This document shows, piece after piece, positions 12,019-25,161 of a stretch of 59,688 bases of DNA. Both the position numbers and the translations under genes were made by a program. Each line of letters opens with the position of its first letter. The stretch's first letter is position 1. The DNA is from Octopus bimaculoides (lineage: Eukaryota). The notes beneath the pieces were generated by a model. It ran no database searches, had not been told where the DNA came from, and saw only the letters and a program-made list of their open reading frames with translations. Where the stretch lies: assembly GCF_001194135.2 (NCBI RefSeq), contig NC_068982.1:183866475-183926162 (forward strand), in the 5' to 3' direction.

Positions 12019-14700
12019 TCACAGGGAAAGATTTAAAAAGAGCAAATGTGGAAAAGGAGACTACAAAATAAAATTAAGACTTTAAGACAAGATCTGAGTA
12101 GAATAGAATCCTGGAAAAGAAACAAGTTAGGAAAGACAAGTTGCAAATCTTGCTTCGTGGAAAGACACTTAGTTGAAGAGAAAGGATTTGGGACAGTAAT
12201 AGAAGAGTTGAAACAGTGTGTCATAACAGTAGCAGGCAAGCTCTACAGATATCAGACCTGAATAGATCAATATCAACAGAATAGATTATTTGAGACAGAC
12301 CAGATGATATTTTATAACCAAAAAAAATAGTGGAGAACGAAGTACAGAAGATGAGAAACCTAATGCAGAGAAAGCTTGAAAGTTCTGGAGTAATATTTGG
12401 GATCAACCAGTCAATAATAATGGAGAAGCAGTATGGTTAAAAGTGAGGGAAGAAGTAGTGAGCGAGAAGCAGTCAGATCTAAGATTAACTAGTGCATTAA
12501 TGAGTAACGTGTTAGGAAATATGCCGAATTGGAAGTTCCCAGGACCAAGTGTACTGGCTAAAGAAATTCAGTAGTTTACGTAGGAGGCTGAAGGAACAAC
12601 TTCGGGATTGTTTAATGGGGGAATAATACTAGACTGGATGACTATAGGGAGGATAATACTCATTATGAAGGATAAGAGCAAGGGTAATACAGCTAGCTGC
12701 TATAGACCAATCACTTGCTTACCATTAATGTGGAAGCTGTTAAGAGGAATGCTTTCAGAAAGCATTTACGAGTATCTTAATAACCAGAATTCACTGCCAG
12801 AAGAACAGAAAGGTTGCAGGAAGAAGGCTAGAGGAACGCATGATCTATAATATACAGACAAAGCAGTTCTAAATTAAGTAAAAACTAGAAAGTAAAGTCT
12901 AACAATGGCATGGTTAGGTTAAAGGAAACTCTATGACATGATCCCACACTCATGGATAAGTGAATGTTTGAGTATATTCAGTATAGTAGACGACATAAGA
13001 GAATTTATAAGCTTTAGCATGAAGAAATGGAAGTAGATTTCTACTCAGGTGACACACTCTTAGGGAAAGTTGATATCAAAAGAGGAATTTTCCAGGGAGA
13101 CTCGTTGTCCCCTTTAATATTTGTCTTATGTTTGATCCCCCTCAGTTTAGTATTAAGGAATGCAAAGTCAGGGTATCAGTTCAGAAATAGTAAGGGAAAA
13201 GGTAACCATTTGCTTCACATGGATAATCTAAAGCTTCTTAATATGAATGAAAAAGAGATAGCTTTCTTAATATAGACTGTAAGACTCTTCAGCAAAGATA
13301 CAGGCATGGAATTTGATATAGATAAGTGTGCAATATTAGTCATGAGAAGGGGGCAAGTAGTTAACACCGAAGGCATCCAATTACCAGATGGCCAGACATT
13401 AAAATCATTGAAGAGAGGAGAGAGTTATAAGTAGCTAGGAATATTAGAATCTGAGAGAGTACAAACTAAAGAAATGAAAACGAAAATTGAGAAGGAGTAC
13501 ATCGGAAGGTTGAAGAAACTAATGAAGTCAAAGCTAAATGGTCCGAATCTAGTGAAGGCTGTAAGTATCATTACTTAGATACTTAGCAGCTTTTGTAGAT
13601 TGGATAAAAACTGAACTAGCAAAACTAGAGAGAAGAACTAGGAAGGAATTCAATATGAATGGAGGACTCCACCCAATGACAGGAGTAGCAAGATTATACC
13701 TACCTAGAAAGGAAGGCAGAAGAGAGTTAATATCAATAGAACACTGCATGGAATTAGCTTGAGTAGATATAGATTCCTATGTAAGTAATAGTGAAGAAAG
13801 TTTATTAAAAGCTGCTAGAATCACAGCAAGTCATAGGAAAACCGAAGCACCAAACGAACTTAAAAACCAGAAGAACGAACAGAAATTATCTGACTGGCAG
13901 GAGGATGCGTTGCATGGTAGATTCCTAAAGATAGTTTCAGCAAATAGTAGTAGTGAGACATGGTTATGGTTGCAGAAAGGAGAGCTGAAGAGGGAGACAG
14001 AAAGTTTGATAGTAGCTGCACAAGATCAAGCATTAAGAACTAATTGGATAAAAGCCAAGATGGTCAAAAAACCAAGTAGATTCCCTATGTAGATTATGCA
14101 AATCCAAAGAGAAAAGCGTTACTCATATAGCAAGTGAATGTATCATGCTGGCACAGAAAGAATACAAGAAAAGACATGACAACTTAGGGAGAGTAATCCA
14201 CTGAGAGTTATGTAGAAAGCTAGGATTTGAACATATTAATAAATGGTATGAACATGAACTTAGTAAAGTACTAAAAGGTAAGAAATATAAGATGTTTTGG
14301 GACTTTAACATTCAGACTGACAGAGAAATAGAAGCGAGAAGGCCTGGTTTAGTAGTTATAGACAAAGAGTATAAAAAGTGTCAGACAATTGACCTTACCG
14401 TCCCAAATGGTGAAAAACTTAATATGGGAGGTATATAAAAAATAGCAAAGTACCAGGGCCTAGCTACTGAGTTACCAAGATTATAGAAAGTGCGGGTAAA
14501 GTGTATCCCAGTAGTTATAGGAGCCTTGGGAACTATCCCTAAAGATCTGAACAGATGGATAGAGAAAATAGGCATAAAACCAAGTTTTGTACAGCTGCAG
14601 AAAACTATGTTATTAGAGACAGCTAGGATACTTAGGAGGGTTCTTGGCATCTAAGGTTACTTGCTGTAACCCAGTAGGAAGGTTCTTGGCATCTAAGACC
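12019..14700 (+). mobile_element. 5'-truncated, decayed R4/Dong-clade non-LTR retrotransposon (RT plus restriction-like endonuclease)
   Basis: YRPITCLPLMWKLL, IKRGIFQGDSLSPL, HLLHMDNLKL (RT); WLQKGELKRETESLIVAAQDQALRTN; CCHC-like region; WDFNIQTDREIEARRPGLVVIDK; PVVIGALGTIPK; ends LLETARILRRVLGI*. Many stops and frameshifts. Confidence 0.9.
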
Positions 14701-15089
14701 ACTTGTTATATATTTACTTCCCCATAATCTATCGGTTCGGCAAAAGTGTCCAATAGAATACGTACTTAGCTTCAAAATTAAGTACTGGCGTTGATTCATT
14801 CGGCTAACATTCAGCTAGGCAGTGCCCCAGCATGGCCTCAGCCTCATGGATGAAACAAATAAAAGAGAAAAGATTAAAGATATAGGATCAATTCTTCTCA
14901 CAATTAATGGTATCGAATTCTTACAATTAAAGTTGAATATGAAAGAGAAAAATAACAGCAACACGTTAGTTTAGTAAGTATACAACGTGATACGAGAAGA
15001 AAATTATGGAGAGAAGTATATATTATATCGAATATATTGAGTGAAAAAGAAAATGCAGACAAAGAGGAAAAAATATGGGCAAGAGGAAG

Positions 15090-15131
<42 letters not shown>

Positions 15132-15420
15132 GTGGGTAGGTAGGTAGGTAGGTAAGGTAGGTAGATAGGTAGGTAGGTAGGTAGGTAGGTAGGCACACAG
15201 ATAGATAGATACATACATACATACATACATACATACGTACGTACGTACGTACGTACGTACGTACGTACATACATACATACATACATATACATACATACAT
15301 ACATACACACACACACATACATATATACATACATACATACATACATACATACATACATACATACATACATACATACATACATACATACATACATACATAC
15401 TTACATACATACACGTACAT
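15090..15420. repeat. compound tetranucleotide array (AGAT)(AGGT)(ACAT)(ACGT)
   Basis: Direct reading. Confidence 0.95.
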
Positions 15421-16074
15421 GTGCAAGTAGTTAGGCAGAGGGGATAGTTTATTTGTGAGACAGATAGACATAACTCAGATTGCTGTATAAAAAGTAACTA
15501 AGCTGTAGAATATAAGAAATCTGAGACGATGGAGAAAATTAGAAAAATAAGTACAACAGAACTGGGCGGGTTTGTATCCAGAAACAGAAAAGAAAAAGAC
15601 AAAAAAAAATATCAAGATGAAGATTGTAAATAATTGAACGGTTGGAAAATCATGTGAAATAGTAATATAACCGAGAACAGGGAAGAATGGAAAGTCGATT
15701 TTATGATCTGTTGTATAAAGTGCTCGATGGACGCGTTGCCGTTTCGACTGGACGCTGTAGGTGATATCACGATATTCGGCCATCTTGCGAAGTATAATCA
15801 CAAGTCATCAACATCGTTGACCATCAAAGTGGTCAGTCTGTCCGAAGTATCCGAGGCTGGTTTCAGTGTTAAGATGGAAATAGTTATGAATTATATGACA
15901 TATGTATGTATGGTCTGTTCGATCAACTGTACGTTTCTGTAATACCTCTATCGTTTTATTACGGCATTTAAATCTTTCTGGACGGCCTCACACTTTCCTT
16001 CCTCCACATATACACGTATCTATATACATACATATGTGTGTGTGTGTCTGTGTGTGCATGTGTATGTGGGGGGG

Positions 16075-16193
16075 ATGTATGTCCTTATTCAGTTTTATTT
16101 CAAGATTTCTATCCAATAGAGAAAGAGCCGGTTTCTAACCTGGATCCAAAGCCCCTTCATTGAAATTCAGCATCAACAACATGGTATTTTGTA
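16075..16193 (+). repeat. short (ACAT)n-associated interspersed repeat, left copy
   Basis: Approximate reverse complement of 16868-16983. Confidence 0.7.
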
Positions 16194-16417
16194 TATATAT
16201 GGATGTATGTATGTATATGTGCAGATTTGTACATTTTGTTTTATACATACATGCATGCATGTATGTATGTATGTATGTATGTATGACACAAAGTTTTAAT
16301 CGAAACAAAGATAGAAGACACTTGTGTCCATGACACTGCACCTTGTGATCGAACCCAGAATCAGTTGTTTGTGTGTCGAACTTCTTCCCCACACAAAACT
16401 TTTACTGATTGGAACAC

Positions 16418-16452
<35 letters not shown>

Positions 16453-16803
16453 NNNNNNNNNNNNNNNNNNNNNNNNNNNNNNNNNNNNNNNNNNNNNNNN
16501 NNNNNNNNNNNNNNNNNNNNNNNNNNNNNNNNNNNNNNNNNNNNNNNNNNNNNNNNNNNNNNNNNNNNNNNNNNNNNNNNNNNNNNNNNNNNNNNNNNNN
16601 NNNNNNNNNNNNNNNNNNNNNNNNNNNNNNNNNNNNNNNNNNNNNNNNNNNNNNNNNNNNNNNNNNNNNNNNNNNNNNNNNNNNNNNNNNNNNNNNNNNN
16701 NNNNNNNNNNNNNNNNNNNNNNNNNNNNNNNNNNNNNNNNNNNNNNNNNNNNNNNNNNNNNNNNNNNNNNNNNNNNNNNNNNNNNNNNNNNNNNNNNNNN
16801 NNN

Positions 16804-16851
<48 letters not shown>

Positions 16852-16867
16852 TGCATAAGTACGCACC

Positions 16868-16983
16868 TACAAAAATACCCTGTTGTTGGAATTCCAGTGA
16901 GGACTCCTTGGATCTAGGTTAGAAACCGGTTCTTTTTCTATTGGCAAGAAATCTTGAAATAAAACTGAACAATGACATACATA
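16868..16983 (-). repeat. short (ACAT)n-associated interspersed repeat, right copy
   Basis: Approximate reverse complement of 16075-16193. Confidence 0.7.
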
Positions 16984-17539
16984 CATACATACATACATAN
17001 NNNNNNNNNTTGAAATAAAACTGAACAATGACATACATACATACATACATACATACATACATACATACATACATACGTACATACGTACATACATACATAC
17101 ATTTACAAAGCGTCTCTAAATAAAATAAATAGTCGTAAATCCATTAAGATTTTGTGTATGAAATCGTTTATGTTCCTGTAATACTAGAGGTGTAACATCT
17201 AAATTTAATGTGTTACAAATGAAGAATATTACAATTTGAGTGCGTTTGAGTAGTTTCAATTAGACAAAGTAAAAGCATGCAACTGTTTCAATGAATAGAA
17301 ATGTCGAGTTGGGATATACAGCTTTTAGTTTCAATTAGATATAATATAGGCATACACTTGTTTCGACATATAAAAATAGTCTAATTAAATTATTCAACTT
17401 TCTACTGCTTGCACGTCAACCAAAAACCATGGTAGAATTTCGGTAAGGGAGCTTTTAGCAAAAGATTACAAGCTGTTTCCACTTCGTCTCCGAAAGACTG
17501 ATCCGACCATAGCATCGTTTCTCTAATATTCTTTTATTC

Positions 17540-17758
17540 TAAGGCGGCGAGCTGGCAGAAACGTTAGCACACCGGGCGAAATGCTTAGCGGTATTTCGTC
17601 TGTCTTTACATTCTGAGTTCAAATTCCATCGAGGTCCACTTTGCCTTTCATCCTTTCGGGGTCGATAAATTAAGTACCAGTTGCGTACTGGGGTCGATCT
17701 AATCGACTGGGCCCTCCCCCAAAATTTCGGGCCTTGTGCCTAGAGTAGAAGAGAATAT
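17540..17758 (+). mobile_element. SINE family B, full length
   Basis: AAGGCGGCGAGCTGGCAGAAACGTTAGC head, B-box, core and tail. Confidence 0.9.
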
Positions 17759-17854
17759 TCTTTTACTTGTTTCAGTCATTTGACTGCGGCCATGCTGTCG
17801 AACTAATCAACCCCAGGACTTAATGACTGAAACAAGTAAAAGAGTAAAAATAAA

Positions 17855-17897
<43 letters not shown>

Positions 17898-18542
17898 TAT
17901 GTGTATGTATGCATGTATGTATATATATATATATATATACATGTGTGTATGTATGCACGTATGTATGTATATATGCATATGTGTATGTATATATACATGC
18001 ATGTATATATGCACGTATGTATGTATGTATGTATAAATGAAGCATCGTATTATATTTGAAGTCATAGAGTTAAAGAAAATCTAATGATCTGATGCCAACT
18101 ATTAAGCAGTGTATACTCTCGTTTAGAATATTATTTATGATTAATATCAGCTTAAACTTAATTATTTAAATCAGTTTTTCTTTAAACTGTTCGTTTATTT
18201 TCCTTGTAATTATAGAGAAATAAATAAGTAAAAGGTTTCATTAATTACATCTTAAAATAAACCTCCTGCACGATTACTGAATAGTAAACCTGTTGTTGAT
18301 ATCAGAAAGTTTCCTAATTTTAATCAAATCTGATATCATCTATGAATAAGTTATCAGATGACATCTGAAATGAAATTTCCTGCAGAAGAAATGAAAGCGA
18401 GTCATCAAGCTTTCCAAATAAGGAGTGAATGTGCAAAAGAAGAAAGTGGAGAATCTTCAAAAACCAAGTTTACGGTAGTATAAAAGAAGTGTGTTCAGCC
18501 AAAGATTGTGTTAGTGTATTCTTTGTTTTATTTTATTTTATT

Positions 18543-18716
18543 TTACTTCTTTCAGTCATTTGACTGCGGCCATGCTGAAGCACCACCTTTTAGTCGAGCA
18601 AATCGACCCCAGGACTTATACTTTGTCAGCCTAGTACTTATTCTATCGGTCTCTTTTTGCCGAACCACTAAGTTACGGGGACGTTAACACACCAGCATCG
18701 CATGTCAAGAGGGGGA

Positions 18717-18758
<42 letters not shown>
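18543..18758 (-). mobile_element. SINE family C 3' half
   Basis: Matches 477-700; runs into (CA)n and a gap. Confidence 0.85.
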
Positions 18759-19186
18759 NNNNNNNNNNNNNNNNNNNNNNNNNNNNNNNNNNNNNNNNNN
18801 NNNNNNNNNNNNNNNNNNNNNNNNNNNNNNNNNNNNNNNNNNNNNNNNNNNNNNNNNNNNNNNNNNNNNNNNNNNNNNNNNNNNNNNNNNNNNNNNNNNN
18901 NNNNNNNNNNNNNNNNNNNNNNNNNNNNNNNNNNNNNNNNNNNNNNNNNNNNNNNNNNNNNNNNNNNNNNNNNNNNNNNNNNNNNNNNNNNNNNNNNNNN
19001 NNNNNNNNNNNNNNNNNNNNNNNNNNNNNNNNNNNNNNNNNNNNNNNNNNNNNNNNNNNNNNNNNNNNNNNNNNNNNNNNNNNNNNNNNNNNNNNNNNNN
19101 NNNNNNNNNNNNNNNNNNNNNNNNNNNNNNNNNNNNNNNNNNNNNNNNNNNNNNNNNNNNNNNNNNNNNNNNNNNNNNNNNNNNNN

Positions 19187-19245
<59 letters not shown>

Positions 19246-19247
19246 TC

Positions 19248-19307
<60 letters not shown>

Positions 19308-19332
19308 GTGTGTGTGTATTTATGTCTCTGTT

Positions 19333-19660
19333 GGTCCCCCACCACTGCTTGAAAACTGGTTTGTCTCCCACCGCTGCTTGAAAACTGGTTTGTTCCCCCA
19401 CCACTGCTTGAAAAGTTGTTTGTCTCCCACCACTGCTTGAAAACTGGTTTGTCTCCTACCGCTACTTGAAAACTGGTTTGTTCCCCCACCACTGCTTGAA
19501 AAGTTGTTTGTCTCCCACCACTGCTTGAAAACTGGTTTGTCTCCCACCACTACTTGAAAACTGGTTTGTCTCCTACCGCTGCTTGAAAACTGGTTTGTTC
19601 CCCCACCACTGCTTGAAAAGTTGTTTGTCTCCCACCGCTGCTTGAAAACTGGTTTGTTTA
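19333..19660. repeat. 29-30 bp minisatellite, 11 units
   Basis: ccaccactgcttgaaaactggtttgtctc units with recurring variants. Confidence 0.95.
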
Positions 19661-19805
19661 CGCAAAAGTGACGAATAGAATAAGTACTAGGTTTAAAAAC
19701 AAAGAATTAGTACCGTGGTCGATTCTTTCGACTAACATTTTTTCAAAGTGGTACCCCAGCATGGCTGCAGACTAATGACTGAAACAAGTAAAAGCTAAAA
19801 GATGA
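19660..19805 (+). mobile_element. SINE family C 3' tail
   Basis: gaatagaataagtactagg...gtcgat...aatgactgaaacaagtaaaag. Confidence 0.75.
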
Positions 19806-20590
19806 GAAAAGGTTCAGAATAAAGAATACTCTAAGTCCAGTTATGGCGCCAAGCCGTAACAGTGGACGAATGTCGTCTGCTACTGATATATTTGTATTTT
19901 AAGCACATAAGATATAAGAGATCTTTATCTCCGGACGAATACCGTAGTTAATTTGCCATTTCGTGATGTATTTGCATTAAGTACGATACACAGATGTCTA
20001 TTTTGATTTGATAGTTTTTATTGCATATATTTTTATAGAGCAAATGTTACGGCTAAAAAGAAAATTCCTGAGCATGAATATGTGAAAGCTGCTCGCTGAG
20101 CGACCAAGACTTATTCGTCATCAAGGCAACAGAACTAAAAAAATTTAAACAACGCTGCTTATATGATGACGGGTAGGCTAGTGAGAGCTCCTACATTCGA
20201 GCATGATGAGAAATTCATATGAAAATGATTGGCTATTTTTAGTCATGTGACTTGCAAAACAGAATAACCACTTAAATCTGCTTTTTCTTGTTTTTTTTCC
20301 CTTTTTCTTTTTCTTCTGTTTATCAAATATTTCAATGCTTACATATGAACTATTTATTATTACTTACATATTAAACTACTTACATAATTCTTCCATCCTA
20401 TACGATACATTCATTTTTCAATCTAAAGCACTTGAGGCACTACACGTGATCTTGGAAAATACGTTTTATCGCATGAATCTCTCGGTGTTAATTGCAATAC
20501 ATCATCCTTAACATATTAATTTTTCATAGACATAAATATACATATATCTGTTTAATACGCTTTGAAATTAAATTTTATCTTCTTGCCATC

Positions 20591-20621
<31 letters not shown>

Positions 20622-20881
20622 TGCATATATGCATGTATGTATGTATGTATATATGTATGTATGTATATATGTATGTATGTATGTATGAATATATATATAT
20701 ATATNNNNNNNNNNNNNNNNNNNNNNNNNNNNNNNNNNNNNNNNNNNNNNNNNNNNNNNNNNNNNNNNNNNNNNNNNNNNNNNNNNNNNNNNNNNNNNNN
20801 NNNNNNNNNNNNNNNNNNNNNNNNNNNNNNNNNNNNNNNNNNNNNNNNNNNNNNNNNNNNNNNNNNNNNNNNNNNNNNNNN

Positions 20882-20951
<70 letters not shown>

Positions 20952-22041
20952 TATATCTCTATGTGTGTGTTTGTATATCTCCATGTGTGTGTATATATAT
21001 ATATCTATATTCACACACTTAGATTTATGACCTACATCGACATAGAATTTGAACCGATCCATTTTTCATAATTATACGTAAAATGTGTTTATTTAATATA
21101 ACGCTTATAATTTTTTCCATTTTTTTATTTTTTATTTAATTAATTAATGTGTTTTTCTTCAATCATTTTTATCATGTTTAACGAATGCTATCCACTTCAA
21201 CACGTGCTGAAATACTATCTATAGTCCATAAAAATTAATTGATTCTCTATTTCCATTTAGAATATAAAATAATTATTTCGCTTACTTTATATATATAAAA
21301 ATCTACTGGAAAAAAAACCTGGACATTCACAAATTACCAGAAAAACTAGACCTTATTTTATACTTATCTTTGTCTAATGTATGAACAACACTGAAAGTGG
21401 TATCCCTATATTAAAAAAAAAAGTATAAAAAAACAAATGAAATTTTAATTTTAATCATACATTAATAATGTTATTTATTTATCAGACTTTTATCTCAGCT
21501 TAAAACTTGAACCAAAAAATTTTATTAAGACATAAGAAAAAATAAATGTTGTTTATTTAATTAACAAATATCTTTATAGATTAGTTTCAAGTTTGAAAAT
21601 GTGTCTTAGCTTATTGAATTTTCTTCAACCACTTTTTTGGACATTAAGATAGAAAGATGGAGAGAGAAAAAGAGAAAGTCACACAAAGTGTGAGAAGAGA
21701 GAAAGAAAGGAAGGGAAAGGGAGAGAGAGAAGTAGAGGGAGATAGTGGGAGAGAGAGAGAGACACACAGAGAGAGAGACACACAGAGAGAGAGAGACACA
21801 GAGAGAGAGAGACACAGAGAGAGAGATGGCTTCATAGAATTTTTATTTCGTATGTAATGTAAAATATTTATGTTCCTAAGCGCGTTGCCCGGATTGATTG
21901 TGTTTGGTGTTCTCTGTTATTGCTGGCTAAAAATGAAAATGGTTTTTGTTGTTGTTTAACCCCAGTTCCACTGTAACCGAGCATATGAGCAAAACCATGA
22001 CCATCGCGTTTTTTTTTTTTCACTACGCGTAGAAAATTCAG

Positions 22042-22317
22042 GTGGAGGCGCAATGGCCCAGTGGTTAAGGCAGCGGACTCGCGGTCATAGGATCGCGGTT
22101 TCGATTCCCAGACCGGGCATTGTGAGTGTTTATTGAGCGAAAACACCTAAGGCTCCACGAGGCTCCGGCAGGGGATGGTGGCGAACCCTGCTGTACTCTT
22201 CCACCACAACTTTCTCTCACTCTTACTTCCTGTTTCTGTTGTGCCTGTAATTCAAAGGGTCAGCCATGTCACACTGTGGCACGCTGGATATCCTCGAGAA
22301 CTACGTTAAGGGTACAC
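22042..22317 (+). mobile_element. SINE family A, truncated by gap
   Basis: GTGGAGGCGCAATGGCCCAGTGGTTAAGGC head, GGTTTCGATTCCC B-box-like motif. Confidence 0.9.
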
Positions 22318-23574
22318 NNNNNNNNNNNNNNNNNNNNNNNNNNNNNNNNNNNNNNNNNNNNNNNNNNNNNNNNNNNNNNNNNNNNNNNNNNNNNNNNNNN
22401 NNNNNNNNNNNNNNNNNNNNNNNNNNNNNNNNNNNNNNNNNNNNNNNNNNNNNNNNNNNNNNNNNNNNNNNNNNNNNNNNNNNNNNNNNNNNNNNNNNNN
22501 NNNNNNNNNNNNNNNNNNNNNNNNNNNNNNNNNNNNNNNNNNNNNNNNNNNNNNNNNNNNNNNNNNNNNNNNNNNNNNNNNNNNNNNNNNNNNNNNNNNN
22601 NNNNNNNNNNNNNNNNNNNNNNNNNNNNNNNNNNNNNNNNNNNNNNNNNNNNNNNNNNNNNNNNNNNNNNNNNNNNNNNNNNNNNNNNNNNNNNNNNNNN
22701 NNNNNNNNNNNNNNNNNNNNNNNNNNNNNNNNNNNNNNNNNNNNNNNNNNNNNGTTAATAGTTGTAAACAACATGATATGTAGTTTGAAGCATTCAATAT
22801 GCATTTAATGCGATAGCACGAACTTAAAAGATTTATCCAAAAAACACGTTATTTAGCTATTACTTTTAGCACATCTCGCTAAAGAAACGAGTAAATAAGT
22901 AATTTTAAGTATTCAATATGCATTTAATGCAAATGCAATGAACAACACGTTACATGCGATAAACATATTTCAATTTCCCCCCCCCTCACACACACACACA
23001 CACACACAAATGGTTTCGATACAGTTTTAAGATTTGGAAGAATTAGAGGAAAGTTCTCCGGTAATTTTCTTTCATGTAAATAAATGTTTATGTTAATTTA
23101 AAAGATTTATCCAAAAAACGCTATTTAGCTATTATTTTTAGCACTCCTCACAAATACCTCAATGACAAAAAGAAATGTGTAAAGTAGTTTTTATCATTCA
23201 ATATGCATCTGATGCAAATGCTTTGAACAACACGTTACAAATTAAATATTTAATAATAAAAAAAACATTTTCTTAACCAGTTCATAAATTCACATGCTCA
23301 GTTGTCAATAGACAGGTAAAACAAATGGTTTTAATATATTTGTCAACACGTACTTTCACACAGACAAAAGAGCTCTCGTGTTCCGCTTGTTACTATGGAA
23401 ACAGGCATGAATATGTCTGTGGCTTACGATTGGCTAAAATTACCAAAATTTTCAAACTTTAATTGTTAATAACTCCTTATCGATTGATTTATAGCGAAAA
23501 TGATTTTCACATTATTCATTAAAGTGTATCGTTAAACCGACTAGATCCATGTTTCTTTATGTTTCTTCATTTTT

Positions 23575-23802
23575 TTACTGGTTTCAGTCATTAACCTACG
23601 GTCATGCTGGGGCACCACCTTGAAAATGTTTTAATCAAGTGAATCGACCCCTGTACATTTTTTTAAAGCCTTATACTTATCCTATCGGTCCGTTTTGCCG
23701 AACCGCTAATTTACGGGAGCGTAAACAAACTAACACCTGTTGTCAAGCAGTGATGGAGAGCAAACGCAATACACACACACACAAACACGCGCGTGCGCCC
23801 GC

Positions 23803-23847
<45 letters not shown>

Positions 23848-24010
23848 CGTGTCCGTGTGTGTGTCCAACGGGTTTCTTTTCAGTTTCCGTCTACCAAATC
23901 TATTCACAAGGCTTTAGTCGACCCGAAGCTGTAGTAGAAGACACTTACCCGATGTGCCAATGAACCCGTAACCATGTAGTTGGAAAGTAAATTTCTTACC
24001 ATGCAGCTAC
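23575..24010 (-). mobile_element. SINE family C, diverged
   Basis: Same block order as 477-906. Confidence 0.75.
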
Positions 24011-24574
24011 GCTGACGTCTGAGTTGATGATTCTAGAAGGTCGAGCGACCGCGTAGAGGCTCTCACGTTTCTTCGAAGCAGAGATGATAAATTTGGCTGG
24101 AGCAAATTTTTGTATATTTGTTCGTGTGTACATACATATGTGTGTATATATATGTATATATATACACATATATATATATGCATGTATTTATGTACGTGTG
24201 TGTGTGTGTGAATATATTTATAATTGTATATAAACGATTAAGATTCGAGTGCACAGCATAAAGCGAAAAAGTGGACAAGATCGCCCATAGGAATTAAACC
24301 ACGTCTATCGTTCGTCCGGAATAACCATTACACCAAAGTGACCCGCCACTCCCTGTCGTTGAATTTAGCACAAGTAAACATACCACTGTGCCAGCTACTC
24401 TCAGTTTGTATCACACAAACTTTGTTGCTATGTTTGATAGTATCTTGACCCCTACAGCGAAGAGGTCGACCCGTTGTTAATACAGCTAACGATTAAGACT
24501 TAAGTACATTCACGTGCACAGTAAAGGACGGTAAAACGTAGACAAGATCGCCCATATATACATACATACATACA

Positions 24575-24604
<30 letters not shown>

Positions 24605-24605
<1 letters not shown>

Positions 24606-24895
24606 CCAGACAATGAATTCATATTAATATTCATACCAATGATAATTGGAGCAATATGTTTTGCTAGTAAATGCTTAAAGGAGAATCTGGATAAACTGGG
24701 ATTTCCAGAAAGGGAAATCGACCGACTAATTCGTACATTACAAGTGCAATCTGTGAGTGGAACAGTAAAAATATGCAAGACTTTTCTCAAGTCCAAACGT
24801 GAATTTGTCAGTGTTAACTACATCCTAAAGGTGGAGCCTTGTATCTTTGTTAGAAATCGGTTCCCTTGTCGGTGGAAGATTTATAATAATTAAGA
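24605..24895 (+). mobile_element. 3' end of a REL-type non-LTR retrotransposon, distinct from 12019-14700
   Basis: IPMIIGAICFASKCLKENLDKLGF...LQVQSVSGTVKICKTFLK resembles the P-x-I-I-G-A-x-G...Q...GT C-terminal pattern. Confidence 0.6.
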
Positions 24896-25100
24896 AATAG
24901 AAGACACACACACATACACACATTCTAATCCTACCCGCAAATATGACTGGTGCAAATGTATATTTAAACCAGCACATTAAAACGAAAGAGAAAATTGATC
25001 TTGGAAGAATTTGAGCTTAGAAGAAAAAGGTACGTAACTATGTACCAATGTACCACATTACATTCAGGTTGGCAAATTTTTCTACTACTACTACTACTAC

Positions 25101-25161
<61 letters not shown>

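Noticed and set aside
16991-17045. Duplicate of tgaaataaaactgaacaatgacatac across a 10-N gap (similar cases near 4807 and 36624)
   Set aside because: Typical contig-overlap artefact at short gaps
17429-17448. ACCATGGTAGAATTTCG|GTAAGG, a possible first coding exon
   Set aside because: Its phase-2 donor gives an early stop with the nearby candidate acceptors; unsupported
4440-19660. CRISPR-like interpretation of the regular repeats at 4440 and 19333
   Set aside because: No unique spacers, no cas genes, eukaryotic context
22042-22125. SINE heads (families A, B, C) as real tRNA genes
   Set aside because: A/B boxes are present but there is no full cloverleaf, and they continue into SINE bodies with tails and TSDs
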